NCBI GenBank assembly: GCA_963783375.1
Contig: CAWANH010000028.1
Location: 1,408,001 to 1,472,000, forward strand
Direction: 5' to 3'
Origin: Candidatus Eiseniibacteriota bacterium
GTDB taxonomy: Bacteria > Eisenbacteria > RBG-16-71-46 > JABDJR01
DNA length: 64,000 nt
This document shows, piece after piece, positions 33,305 through 44,356 of the stretch (position 1 is its first letter; each line of letters begins with the position of its first letter). A program made the position numbers and the translations under genes. The notes under the pieces are model-generated. The model ran no database searches. It was given only the letters and a program-made list of their open reading frames with translations, and was not told the DNA's origin.

Positions 33305-33694
33305 GTGGCGCGCAAATCGGCAGTAAAGAAGCGGATCAGCTCGGAACAGATTGGCCGAGCCTTTGAGACGCTCAACGGTGATTCGGAGACTCGTCTCAAA
33401 CGCCTCATGGACGAGACGGGTTTGGAGGCTGCGAAGCTCATCAAGATCCTGGTCACATATAGGGCGCGGCACTGGGTCCAGCAGGAGTTCCCCGGCTACG
33501 CCAGTGCAGGCGAAGGCCGGAAGCCGGCGAAGGACAAAGTCACAGTGTTGGCCGCACTCAACAAGGCTGGTTCCATCGTCCAAGCCGCGAAGCTGCTCAA
33601 GACCACCCCGATCACGCTCAACCGTTGGATCGGCTACTACAAGCTGAAGCAAATCATCGAGTACGGGGGCGAGAAGAAAATCTCCTGGAAGTAG
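33305..33694 (+). CDS. Small DNA-binding protein: helical domain plus C-terminal Fis-like HTH
   Basis: GGAGGT RBS and GTG; VLAALNKAGSIVQAAKLLKTTPITLNRWI. Confidence 0.65.
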   Translation: MARKSAVKKRISSEQIGRAFETLNGDSETRLKRLMDETGLEAAKLIKILVTYRARHWVQQEFPGYASAGEGRKPAKDKVTVLAALNKAGSIVQAAKLLKTTPITLNRWIGYYKLKQIIEYGGEKKISWK

Positions 33695-33699
33695 GGCGG

Positions 33700-33951
33700 T
33701 CAGTCGTCCTCGTTCTCGAAATTGAGTTCGATATCCTCCGGTTGCAACCTGGGCAACGACCGATCAGGGAACGTCTCGCGTGCCCAGTTCTCGGCGTAGC
33801 GCACAGCCACGGCACGAATCACGGCCCGCCCCGGGAGCCCCGTGTGCTCCACGATCCGGGCGAGACGGCGCTCCGAGGGACCTTTCAGACTGAAGTACAG
33901 ATCCGCCAACTCCCTACCGGTGAACGTCTTCGAGGCGTCGATCGGTAACAT
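33700..33951 (-). CDS. Small protein paralogous to the N-domain of the 33305 ORF, acidic tail
   Basis: LKGPSERRLARIVEHTGL...W...FP aligns with LNGDSETRLKRLMDETGL...W...FP. Confidence 0.6.
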   Translation of the reverse strand: MLPIDASKTFTGRELADLYFSLKGPSERRLARIVEHTGLPGRAVIRAVAVRYAENWARETFPDRSLPRLQPEDIELNFENEDD

Positions 33952-34046
33952 CGTACCCCCAGTCGTTGATCGCCCACCCCACCTCTCTGAAAACGACTGG
34001 GGAGACACGATTCGGAAAGAGACGTGTGGGCAGGTACAGAGAGTGT

Positions 34047-34871
34047 CTAGCGAGGAGCAGCGAGAACCGCTTCAAACCCGGATGGGGTCCGGTAGGTCAC
34101 GGCGAGGAAGGTCCGCCCGGACGTTTCGCTGCCGACGGGCGTTCGAATCTGGAACCGGTCGCCCTCGGCTGGCAGTTCGCCCCAGGAAAGCGTTAACGCT
34201 GGCAACCTGAGGATCGCCAGCCGACAGTCCGAGGCCTCAGGAGGGATGGATGCCTGATAGGTGCCGCCTCCCTCGGTCCGGAACGAGACCGTGCGTCCGC
34301 CCTGGGTGGTAGCGGGCGGGACCGGCTCCCCCTCGACGACGATTCCCCCCTCAGTCCATCGGAGTCTCTGGCGGAAGGCCAAGAGAGCGGCTTCTCGGAA
34401 GTCTTGAGGTGGTCGTGTCTGGGTCGCCTTGGACCCACGAACCGCGTCCACTTGGAACTGCTCACCGTAGTAGGGCGTATCCGCCACGAAACTAAGGGCT
34501 TCCCCGGATGGGTGCCGGACGCCACGAGCCAGGCCAATGGCGACGGCCAGCACGGCCGCCAGGCCCATCAGGAGTTGGATCGTCCGGGAGGGCCTGCGCT
34601 TGCGCCGCCGTTTGGGCACCACGGGGCGCGGCAGGGTCTGGAACTTCAGGGTGCCGCGCGCGATGGCGGCCAGGCCGACAAGCTCCTCCCGGAGCTCTCC
34701 GGATTGCGCGAGGAGCTGTGTGATGCGCTCCCGGTCCTCGGGAGTTACCGTTCCGTCAAGATAGTCCTCCAAGAGCTCGAGATCCACCTCCTCCGGGGAC
34801 GACCGGAGGGCGAGGGATCGGAGGGCCGCTGAGAGTTCGGTGTCCGTCATGTGCTTCGCTTCACGCGCCAT
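34047..34871 (-). CDS. Putative membrane anti-sigma factor
   Basis: LLEDYLDG...ERITQLL anti-sigma-like N-terminus, basic patch, one TM, extracytoplasmic domain; follows the ECF gene. Confidence 0.7.
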   Translation of the reverse strand: MAREAKHMTDTELSAALRSLALRSSPEEVDLELLEDYLDGTVTPEDRERITQLLAQSGELREELVGLAAIARGTLKFQTLPRPVVPKRRRKRRPSRTIQLLMGLAAVLAVAIGLARGVRHPSGEALSFVADTPYYGEQFQVDAVRGSKATQTRPPQDFREAALLAFRQRLRWTEGGIVVEGEPVPPATTQGGRTVSFRTEGGGTYQASIPPEASDCRLAILRLPALTLSWGELPAEGDRFQIRTPVGSETSGRTFLAVTYRTPSGFEAVLAAPR

Positions 34872-34883
34872 CGGTCATACCCT

Positions 34884-35525
34884 CTACCGTCCGAGTTCCA
34901 CGGAGATCCCCGTCCGCTCCAGTTGCTCGGTGAGCTTCCTCCGGCAATAGCGAACCTGGTCCGAGAGCTTCTTGTTCTCACTTGGCCCGGCTCCCAGGAG
35001 AATCTGAAGCTCTTGGGGTGTGTAGCCCTCGGCCGCGGCCTTGAGGAGGAGCTGACACTGTGGCGAGAGATGCTCCAAGGCCACCTCGACCTGCCGGAGG
35101 AGCTCCGCGAGTTCGGCTTGAACCTCGGGATCTGGCTCGGAGCTCTCAAGGGCCTCCAAGAGCTCACTTAGATCTTCGTGCCGGCGGTGCTGCTCGTATT
35201 TCATGCAATCCCGCGTGCGATTGCGAAGCACCGTCCAAAACCAGGAGGCGAAGGCCCGCCCCTTGTTTTCGTAGCTCCGCAACCGCCGGAAGTCATCCTC
35301 TCGAAGATCGAACAGAAGTTTTTGAAAGAGGTCAGCTTGATCCTCTTCGGACAGAGAACGAAAGATGGCTGGAGGTCGGAGCTGAACCAGCCGCCACGCA
35401 TAGACATAAAGCTCTTCCCACGCCTTCTCGGGATTGGCGTCGAGCCAGTCCATGAAGGACGGCCAAGGATCAGCGAGGATGGAAAAGGCGACAGGGTCCG
35501 TCCGGCCTGTCTCGACCTGAGACAT
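34884..35525 (-). CDS. ECF-type sigma-70 factor
   Basis: AWEELY...ADLFQ...FASWFWTVLRNRTRD (region 2); ALEHLSPQCQLLL...GYTPQEL (region 4). Confidence 0.85.
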   Translation of the reverse strand: MSQVETGRTDPVAFSILADPWPSFMDWLDANPEKAWEELYVYAWRLVQLRPPAIFRSLSEEDQADLFQKLLFDLREDDFRRLRSYENKGRAFASWFWTVLRNRTRDCMKYEQHRRHEDLSELLEALESSEPDPEVQAELAELLRQVEVALEHLSPQCQLLLKAAAEGYTPQELQILLGAGPSENKKLSDQVRYCRRKLTEQLERTGISVELGR

Positions 35526-35607
35526 GCGCCAGACTGTAGTGACACTCGGCACCTCACTGCAATGCACAATGCTGAGCCTCGCCTGTTTCCCCCATCGAGA
35601 TAACGTT

Positions 35608-36627
35608 TCAGGCGGCGGATTTCGGAATAGAAACCGCCAAATGTGCTGCTTTGAGAGAGTTCCAGGGGCAGCCCAAGTCCTCCGCCTGCCCCGTGGCCAC
35701 CCCCTGTAGCCACGGGGCCAATCTACCGGGATCGAGGACAAGGGTTCCGTCGGGGTTGATCCGGCCGACCCGGTTCCGGGAGTCGGTAAGGGCGACCGTG
35801 CACTTGTTGAGGTCTCCGTTCGCCCGGATGACCCAGGATGTGGCCATGGCCGCGTAGCAGATTGGAGGCGGTGGTGGGGCGGCATAGAGCCCAAGTTCCT
35901 CTGCTCTGTGCCGCAAGACCGCGATCGTCTCGTGCCCGTTGTGCCCGTCTAGTACGGGCAAGATCGGATCGTTCACTCCCCCGAGTCGCTCCAACGGCCG
36001 GATGAAAAAGGAGAACCGTGCGTCGTGCGCGAACGCCTGGGCACACTCCGTGAGGAGCTCTGGCAAGCGTTCGGCATTGGCCCGGGTGACATGGATCCGG
36101 ACGATCACAGAGAAGGGCAAGCGCTGGTCCTTTAGCGCGACGAGGCTCTCCCAGACTTGGGCGAACGTCCCCCTGCCGTTGGGGCGCTTCCTCACCGCAT
36201 CATGGTCGGGCTCAACCCCATCGAGGGTGATCTGGTAGTGCATGACACCGAGCCGAATGAGCTCCTCGGCGGTTCCGGGGGAGAGAAGGTCGCCGTTTGT
36301 GGTCATGTCCGAATCGACTTGGACCGCGGGATGCCGAGTGCGCAAATCTTGGACGTGGGCCATGATCTCACGCACGACGTCAAGGGCGACGAGCGGTTCC
36401 CCACCGAACCAGGACAGATCGAGCCGGCAGAGGTCGGGCACGCGAACATCGAGCAACCGTTTGATCCCCTGCACCACGGGCGGAGGCATGCGGGACAGCC
36501 GGAAGTCCTCGTAGCAGTAGTGGCAGCGGAAGTTACAGCGCTCGGTCGAAAAGAGGACGAGATGGAGCCGTCGGGACGAGAGGGCCTTCCCGTACCCCGA
36601 AGCTCCGCTCTGCTTGGTGGGTCTCAC
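35608..36627 (-). CDS. Radical SAM peptide-maturase-type enzyme with short C-terminal Cys domain, no RRE
   Basis: TERCNFRCHYCYE, WFGGEPL, TTNG, QITLDG, C-terminal CYAA...KCTV...CP; GTG start inferred. Confidence 0.9.
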   Translation of the reverse strand: MRPTKQSGASGYGKALSSRRLHLVLFSTERCNFRCHYCYEDFRLSRMPPPVVQGIKRLLDVRVPDLCRLDLSWFGGEPLVALDVVREIMAHVQDLRTRHPAVQVDSDMTTNGDLLSPGTAEELIRLGVMHYQITLDGVEPDHDAVRKRPNGRGTFAQVWESLVALKDQRLPFSVIVRIHVTRANAERLPELLTECAQAFAHDARFSFFIRPLERLGGVNDPILPVLDGHNGHETIAVLRHRAEELGLYAAPPPPPICYAAMATSWVIRANGDLNKCTVALTDSRNRVGRINPDGTLVLDPGRLAPWLQGVATGQAEDLGCPWNSLKAAHLAVSIPKSAA

Positions 36628-36635
36628 TTGGCGCG

Positions 36636-36839
36636 TCAGCACTTGTAGTTCGGAAGGATCGGCGGCCAGTCGTCTCCGTTGGGCTCCTGTAACGATGTGG
36701 TAAGCGTGGACACCACGCGGCCATGCGCGTCGAATTGGAGTTCGTGGCGGACAGGCATCTGGGCGTGCGCGGGCCGAGTTCCGAGGAGAAGGGTGACAAG
36801 CATGGCGCCTTGGAGCGTATACGTCGCAGATCGTTCCAC
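36636..36839 (-). CDS. Putative RiPP precursor peptide (67 aa)
   Basis: GGAGG RBS and GTG; fills the gap between the CHAT and rSAM genes; signal-like N-terminus, FDAHGRVV, C-terminal DDWPPILPNYKC. Confidence 0.7.
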   Translation of the reverse strand: MERSATYTLQGAMLVTLLLGTRPAHAQMPVRHELQFDAHGRVVSTLTTSLQEPNGDDWPPILPNYKC

Positions 36840-36884
36840 AGCAGACCTCCGGTCGAAACGGACACCGCCCCACGGCGGAGGTCG

Positions 36885-39857
36885 CTAGTCTCCGACCGCG
36901 AGGAAACAGGCCCAGTAGTAGGGATGAGTTGGTCTACCCGTAGAACGCCTGATCTGGAGAGTTTCGGACGAGGTATAGAAAGCCGCAACACTTGCCGAGC
37001 CGTCACGGTCCAGGAAGTGATCGTAGAAGCGCAGGCACCAGTCCCGACTCGGGTGATCTCCGATGTCCCAGATGGAAAGGATCGCGCTGTGTGCACCGGC
37101 GAGACGGAACGCGCGGTAAAGGCCAGCCACGCGCTCGCCCGGGAGCGCCGTTCCCTCGGATGACCGACAGCTAGAGAGGAAGACCAGCTCGACCGAGGAG
37201 AAGTCCTCCAAGGCGATCTCCCGTTCGCCCCAGACTCCGTCAAAGCCGCTCGAGTCAGCTAGCGGCCTGACTAGTCGCAAGCCGGCGCACGGCTCTCCGG
37301 TGAGCGGATCGGTCCAGTCGACGCCGTGGGCCGCAAGGTGCACAACGCGGGAGCCCGGGATGCGGCGAGGAAGGACACTCTCCCGCGCGGACGTCCCGGT
37401 GAGCAATGTCACTGGTTCACCCGGTCGGCGCTTCTTCCAAAGGGTAACGACTTGCTCCGCCTCATCGAGCGAGGCGGGGAGCTCAGCCGGGGCTCCTGAC
37501 CCCCATGCGGAGTAGTCAACACCACCGACGGCCAGAAGCCCCTTCCCGGTGGCCTCGCTCGCGGGCGAGATGAGCTCCCGCTCGCTCTCGGCGAGCCGGA
37601 AGCTTCCGAGCTCTTCCACGAGGTACGAGGTACGACCACGGGGGAGGGCAAGGACATTCACGTTCCACAGCGGCCCCGTCGGGATCAGCACGAGATCTTT
37701 GGGGAGGTTGCCGCCGAAGATGGGGTCCAACAACAGGTGGCGGAGGGCGGCGCCGAGGGATCGGTACGCCGCTTCTGCCCCGTCGGGGTCCAAGATGAGT
37801 TCCTCGGGGGCTTGCTCCATGAGGGTCTGTTGGCTGGTGACGAGGGTGTCAATCCGGCTGGCGGCCCCCAGATCCTGGAAGCGGACGTCCTTCTCAGGCT
37901 CCATGAGAAAGGCTCCGTAGTGAGGGGCGTTGCCTTTGCCGTACTGGACGTAGGCGATGAGCGTTGTCTCCGGGGGGAGCCCTTTGCGGAGGGCCTGAGT
38001 ATCCAGGGTCGGACGAGTTGGGGTGATCGGCCGGGAGGCAGCCAAGCGTTCTTCGAACCGCGCGATTTCGCCGTCCAGCCGCTGAAGCAACTTGGGAGAG
38101 ACGGGTGCGAGGCCCTCGACCGGGTCCATGGTGAGCAGGTTGGCCAGGTGCCGCTTGAGAGTACGGAGCGTGTCCGGTTCCGCTCCTAGCTCTCGTCGGC
38201 GCGTGAGTTCGTCGAGAAGTGAGCCGCGCGAGCCGATGGCGAGCGTCCATGCCGCCTCGACGAAGCGACTTCCCTTGCATGCGTCGTCGCTCAGGAGAGA
38301 GAGGAGGAGATCCAGGGAGGAGACCTCCTCCTTCCAGTAGGCGCTGATCTGCTCGGAAGTCATCGCCTGGAGGTTGAGCTGGTACCGATGGAGAGAGGCG
38401 GAGGCGGCATCATAGGCGAGCTCCCAGGCCGCGCGCGGATGACCTTGGGCGGAGCGAAGCTCACCCGCGGTTTCGTCCACTTTGGACCGAACGATGTGGT
38501 CCCGTGGTAGGGCCTTGACGGAGCTCAGAGCCTGAGCCGCCCAGCGCTCAGCCTCGGGCAGCCGGCCCCGGGCGGATAGGAACCGCACGTAGTCGGCGGC
38601 CAGGGAGCCAAACAAGGCCGGCTCTTTGGAGGGGTCCGCGTTCGCAAGACCCTTCTGGAAGAGCGAATCGGCACGGTTGGTACGACCGAGGCGCACGTCC
38701 AAGCGTGCGAGACGGGCCAGGGTGGGAACGGTCAAGGGGGAGTTGGCTCCGTAGATTCCCGTGAAGTATTTGAGGCTCGCCCGCAGCGTGTCGACCCCAG
38801 CCTGAAAGTGACCCTCCCTCTCCAGGATGTATGCCTGGATGGAGTAGTTCCGATTTCTCGTGCGCTCATCGGCGCCGTAGCGCTTGGCCACCTGCCGAAA
38901 CCGCTCCTCGAGCCGTTTGGTACCCGGGAGGTCTCCCAGGCGGCTTGTGATCTCTGCCGCCGTGACCGTTGTCCCCGCCGCGAGGGCCTTCTCGAGGTCC
39001 GGATGCCGCTCGATCGTCTCACTCACCTCGGTGATGACTTTGAGGGCGTCCCGGAAGTCTCCCTCCGCGGCGAGGCAAACGGCATATCCCCATCCGGTCT
39101 GGCAGAACAAGTGCGGCAAGCGGTTGCGGCGTGCCTCATAGGCCTGACGATAGAGATCCTCTGCCTCCGGCAAGCGACCCATTCCATGGAGGATCACGGC
39201 ATAGTCGTTACTCGTCCAGGCGAGATCGAGATCTTGCGGGGAAAGGACACGCTTCCTCACCTCGTAGACATGGGCGATGTGCTGGAGAGCCTCGGCGCGT
39301 CGCTTGAAGTGATCCAGGGTCTGTGCAAGCCCATGCTCGGCCCACAGGGTCTCGCGGTCGTCCGGTCCCAGGGTCTTGACGAGGATCTGCCAGGATTTGA
39401 GGAAGTCCCGATGGGCGGCTTCGAAGTTCCCAGTTGACAGATTCCAGCGAGCGTACCGCTCCAGGGTTATGTCGTAGCCGGCGGAGGAGTCGCCGGCGAC
39501 CGCGGCCCAGTCCGTCAGGGCGCGAGAGAGGTACTTGCCGGCCTCCTCAGTGCTGTCACCCCGGGCCAGGGCCCAGCCGTAGTCTCGGTGGAAGCGGGCG
39601 GAGAGGGAATCGGGTGGGCCCGAGGAGTCTAAACACCCGAGAAGCCGAGTGTAGGCAATGAGCGCCTCGGGGAAACGGCGGTTGGCGAGCAGGCTGTCCG
39701 CCACCGTAAGTTCTTGACGTATAACGGATTTGCTGCATGGCCACGACACCTCCTGGCAGAGACCGGGTACAGAGGTGATGCAGGGGGACAGGGCCAAGGC
39801 CACCACGGCGATGCAGCGGGCTGGCCACGTGGCTGGAGAGGCTGTTTTGGGGTTCAC
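36885..39857 (-). CDS. TPR + CHAT (caspase-like) domain protein, probably exported
   Basis: Signal-like N-terminus, many TPRs, VVHLAAHG and VFLSSCRS dyad, HPYYWACF end. Confidence 0.92.
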   Translation of the reverse strand: MNPKTASPATWPARCIAVVALALSPCITSVPGLCQEVSWPCSKSVIRQELTVADSLLANRRFPEALIAYTRLLGCLDSSGPPDSLSARFHRDYGWALARGDSTEEAGKYLSRALTDWAAVAGDSSAGYDITLERYARWNLSTGNFEAAHRDFLKSWQILVKTLGPDDRETLWAEHGLAQTLDHFKRRAEALQHIAHVYEVRKRVLSPQDLDLAWTSNDYAVILHGMGRLPEAEDLYRQAYEARRNRLPHLFCQTGWGYAVCLAAEGDFRDALKVITEVSETIERHPDLEKALAAGTTVTAAEITSRLGDLPGTKRLEERFRQVAKRYGADERTRNRNYSIQAYILEREGHFQAGVDTLRASLKYFTGIYGANSPLTVPTLARLARLDVRLGRTNRADSLFQKGLANADPSKEPALFGSLAADYVRFLSARGRLPEAERWAAQALSSVKALPRDHIVRSKVDETAGELRSAQGHPRAAWELAYDAASASLHRYQLNLQAMTSEQISAYWKEEVSSLDLLLSLLSDDACKGSRFVEAAWTLAIGSRGSLLDELTRRRELGAEPDTLRTLKRHLANLLTMDPVEGLAPVSPKLLQRLDGEIARFEERLAASRPITPTRPTLDTQALRKGLPPETTLIAYVQYGKGNAPHYGAFLMEPEKDVRFQDLGAASRIDTLVTSQQTLMEQAPEELILDPDGAEAAYRSLGAALRHLLLDPIFGGNLPKDLVLIPTGPLWNVNVLALPRGRTSYLVEELGSFRLAESERELISPASEATGKGLLAVGGVDYSAWGSGAPAELPASLDEAEQVVTLWKKRRPGEPVTLLTGTSARESVLPRRIPGSRVVHLAAHGVDWTDPLTGEPCAGLRLVRPLADSSGFDGVWGEREIALEDFSSVELVFLSSCRSSEGTALPGERVAGLYRAFRLAGAHSAILSIWDIGDHPSRDWCLRFYDHFLDRDGSASVAAFYTSSETLQIRRSTGRPTHPYYWACFLAVGD

Positions 39858-40466
39858 AGGATCCGGTTGTGAAAAGATTCCGAAAATGGTCCCTCTCAGT
39901 CGTTACAAAAGAGGTGGGCCGGTCCAGCTCGGTAGTCACTCGCCGAGCGGTGGGGCCACGGCCCAGAGAGGATATCACGTGGTGCCGGCCCCCAGTCGAT
40001 GGTGGAGAAACGGGGGAAACTAGGCTTCTTCACGACCGTGGGGGAAGTTCTAGGTTTCTTCACTGCGGGGGCTGGCGCCATCTCCCGCAATCGGATCCTG
40101 CCCGGGAAATGGAAGCGGCTCTGTGACGCGTCGAGGGGGGAGTCATTGCCTAAGGAAGGCCAGAAGAGCGTGGCAAGCAAAGGGGTCAGGCCGGAGTACG
40201 GCACCCGATCAACGGGCGAACCCGAAAACACCCGGGTGCTAACAAATCCCGTGCGGCGCATGACCATAGGGAGCCCGCTCTTGATCGTTACTCGGACGGG
40301 CTCCTAGGTCAGAGAAGGACGCCAAGCCCCCTATTCGGCCACTTCTCTGGGGGCATGTAACTCCGCCAGTCTACTGCCAGCGGAACAGCAGGCGCAGTTG
40401 CGAACACGGACAGTTTGGAGACTTGAGTCCCGAGGCTTACCCTCGCACTCGCGCCCCAGAGAATAC

Positions 40467-40500
40467 GAAAGCCCCCATCCCGCAAGGGGATAGGGGCTTC
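40467..40500 (-). terminator. Intrinsic terminator after the tRNA
   Basis: GAAGCCCCTATCCC-CTTGC-GGGATGGGGGCTTTC. Confidence 0.7.
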
Positions 40501-40507
40501 CTAAAAT

Positions 40508-40584
<77 letters not shown>

Positions 40585-40733
40585 ACCTTCAAACTCTTGG
40601 TGGGCAAAAGAGAGTACTCAATCGCCCGGGGGGCGTCAAGCCCCATCCGGATCCGGACCACGCCCCGGCAAGCTCCACCGGCCCACCGGCATCCGGCCGC
40701 TCGCCGGAGCGCTTCACCCCGGCCCCGATTCGG

Positions 40734-41210
40734 CTAGGGGGCCTCGGGCGGCGGCGCGTCCCCCGGCAGGGGAGCGTCGGCCCCGCCCGCCGGGTCCCCG
40801 TCCCCGCCGGCGTCCCCCTCCACCTTCCCGGAAGCCGACACGTCCGGGGCCACCCCGTCGTCCTGAAAGCGGTAGATGATCTCGTCGGGGCCGATCATCC
40901 AGTACTTCTCGCGCGCCACCTTCTCCAGGCTGAAGGGGTCGTCCTCCTTGAGCTTCACCTCCTGGACCAGGCGCTCCTGCTCCAGGCGCATGCGGACGTT
41001 CTCCGCGGTCACCTGCTGGAGTTCCTTCCGGAGCTGGATACGGCGGACGATGCCGCGGTCGCCGCCCACGAAGTTGGCGACGTAGACGGCCAGGGCGAGC
41101 GCCACCAGCGCCCAGCGAAAACGCCGGGACGAGGCGAGCCCTTTCCCCTGATATACCGTGCGCAGGTAGCGGTAACGGATCGGCTCGATCCGTTTACGAT
41201 GCGGAACCAA
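40734..41210 (-). CDS. ftsB: Septum formation initiator (FtsB/DivIC family)
   Basis: TM + coiled coil + LEKVAREKYWMIGPDE; downstream of eno. Confidence 0.8.
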   Translation of the reverse strand: MVPHRKRIEPIRYRYLRTVYQGKGLASSRRFRWALVALALAVYVANFVGGDRGIVRRIQLRKELQQVTAENVRMRLEQERLVQEVKLKEDDPFSLEKVAREKYWMIGPDEIIYRFQDDGVAPDVSASGKVEGDAGGDGDPAGGADAPLPGDAPPPEAP

Positions 41211-41316
41211 CCGGGTGCCCTCCTGAGTTGGTCCAACCAAACTGAATGCGGTGGAAGGCACTATAGGCCCGACGGAACCCGGAATCAAGCGGCGGCGCGA
41301 AAACCCCCGCCGAGCT

Positions 41317-43002
<1,686 letters not shown>

Positions 43003-43116
43003 CTAGTTTGGCCCGCGGTCCGCGGACGGCGGGGGGGAGCCCCCGAACCCGCCTCGTTCCTGCAACCCGGCCGGCCTGGAGTCCGTAAATCCAGGCGAGA
43101 GCGGAGGACGCGCGAG

Positions 43117-43713
43117 TTGACGCCCGAGGTGAACGAAGATCGGGAGCTGGTCCTCCGGTGCCTGAAGAACGATCAGGCCGCCTTCGAGCGGCTCCTGGAG
43201 AAATACCGGCGTCCGGTCTACGGGATCGTCCGCCGGATGGTCCGTACCGACGAAGACGCCCAGGACCTGGCCCAGGAAGCGTTCATTCGGGCATTCAAGA
43301 ACCTGAAGCAGTTCGACCCGGACCGGAGGTTTTCGAGTTGGCTCTTTCGTATCGCCAACAACCTGTGCATCGATCACTATCGGCGGCGGAAGCTCAGCAC
43401 GGTGCCGATGGTGCGATCGCCGGACGGGGAGAGCGAGGAGACGTGGGAGTTCCCCGACGACTCGCCCGACCCCGCGGAAGCCTTTTCGGATCGCGAGCGG
43501 AGCCGGCGGCTTCTGGCCGCGGTGGAATCGCTGCCCCCGACCTACCGGGCGGTGATCCTGCTCCGCCATCAACAGGGTCTGGCCTACGAGGAGATCGCGG
43601 AGACCCTCGACGCTCCGCTGGGCACGATCAAGGCCCGTATCCATCGGGCCCACCGGTTGCTCAAGGAGAAGCTCGTGCGACAGGGACTGGACTGGCTCCC
43701 CGAGGAGCACTGA
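43117..43713 (+). CDS. ECF sigma factor (SigW-like)
   Basis: DAQDLAQEAF, FSSWLFRIANN, YEEIAETL..PLGTIKARIHRA. Confidence 0.92.
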   Translation: MTPEVNEDRELVLRCLKNDQAAFERLLEKYRRPVYGIVRRMVRTDEDAQDLAQEAFIRAFKNLKQFDPDRRFSSWLFRIANNLCIDHYRRRKLSTVPMVRSPDGESEETWEFPDDSPDPAEAFSDRERSRRLLAAVESLPPTYRAVILLRHQQGLAYEEIAETLDAPLGTIKARIHRAHRLLKEKLVRQGLDWLPEEH

Positions 43714-43720
43714 GGCGGTC

Positions 43721-44356
43721 ATGAACCACGACATCCACGAAACCCATCTTCCGCCCCGGATCCTGGAGCGGTACGTGGACGGCGATCTCGCCGCCGGGCC
43801 GCTGGCCCGGGCGGAGTCGCACCTGGCCGCCTGCGCCGCCTGCCGCCGGGAGACCGGCCGCTTCCGCGCCCTCTTCGCCGATCTCGACCGCCTTCCCATC
43901 CCCGAGCCGCCGCTCGGTTTCGACGTCCGCATCCTGAACGCGGTGATCCGGCGTCCCAGCGAGGAGGCCATCCTCCTCCGCCTGGCCGGCCGGGCCTACG
44001 CGGTGCTCGCCGCCGTTCTCTTCGCCCTGGCCGCGGGCATCTTCCTGGTCGAGGGCCCCGCTCCCTTCGAGAACGCCTTCGCTTCCGCGGTGGCCAGCGG
44101 AGTCAACCGCGGGATCGAGGCCGTCCGGTTCATCGGGGTGAGCTTCCTCGATCTCATGAAAACCGCGCTCCATCTCATCACCCTGGCCGACGCGGCCGGC
44201 GCCCTCGGCCGCGGCCTCGAAGCCGCCGCCACCTCGCTGGCCCCCCAGGTGGTTCTTCTCACGGTGCTGACCCTGTCCCTGGCGACCCTGGTCCTGGTCT
44301 GGGCCCTGTCGCCCGCCCGCGAAAGGGGTGTTCCCCATGTCTCCCTCTCTCTCTAG
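43721..44356 (+). CDS. zf-HC2 anti-sigma factor
   Basis: HLAACAAC motif plus TM segments. Confidence 0.85.
   Translation: MNHDIHETHLPPRILERYVDGDLAAGPLARAESHLAACAACRRETGRFRALFADLDRLPIPEPPLGFDVRILNAVIRRPSEEAILLRLAGRAYAVLAAVLFALAAGIFLVEGPAPFENAFASAVASGVNRGIEAVRFIGVSFLDLMKTALHLITLADAAGALGRGLEAAATSLAPQVVLLTVLTLSLATLVLVWALSPARERGVPHVSLSL

Noticed and set aside
36885-39857. Craspase (type III-E) locus
   Set aside because: No Cas7-11 or CRISPR array; the CHAT protein appears exported; analogy only
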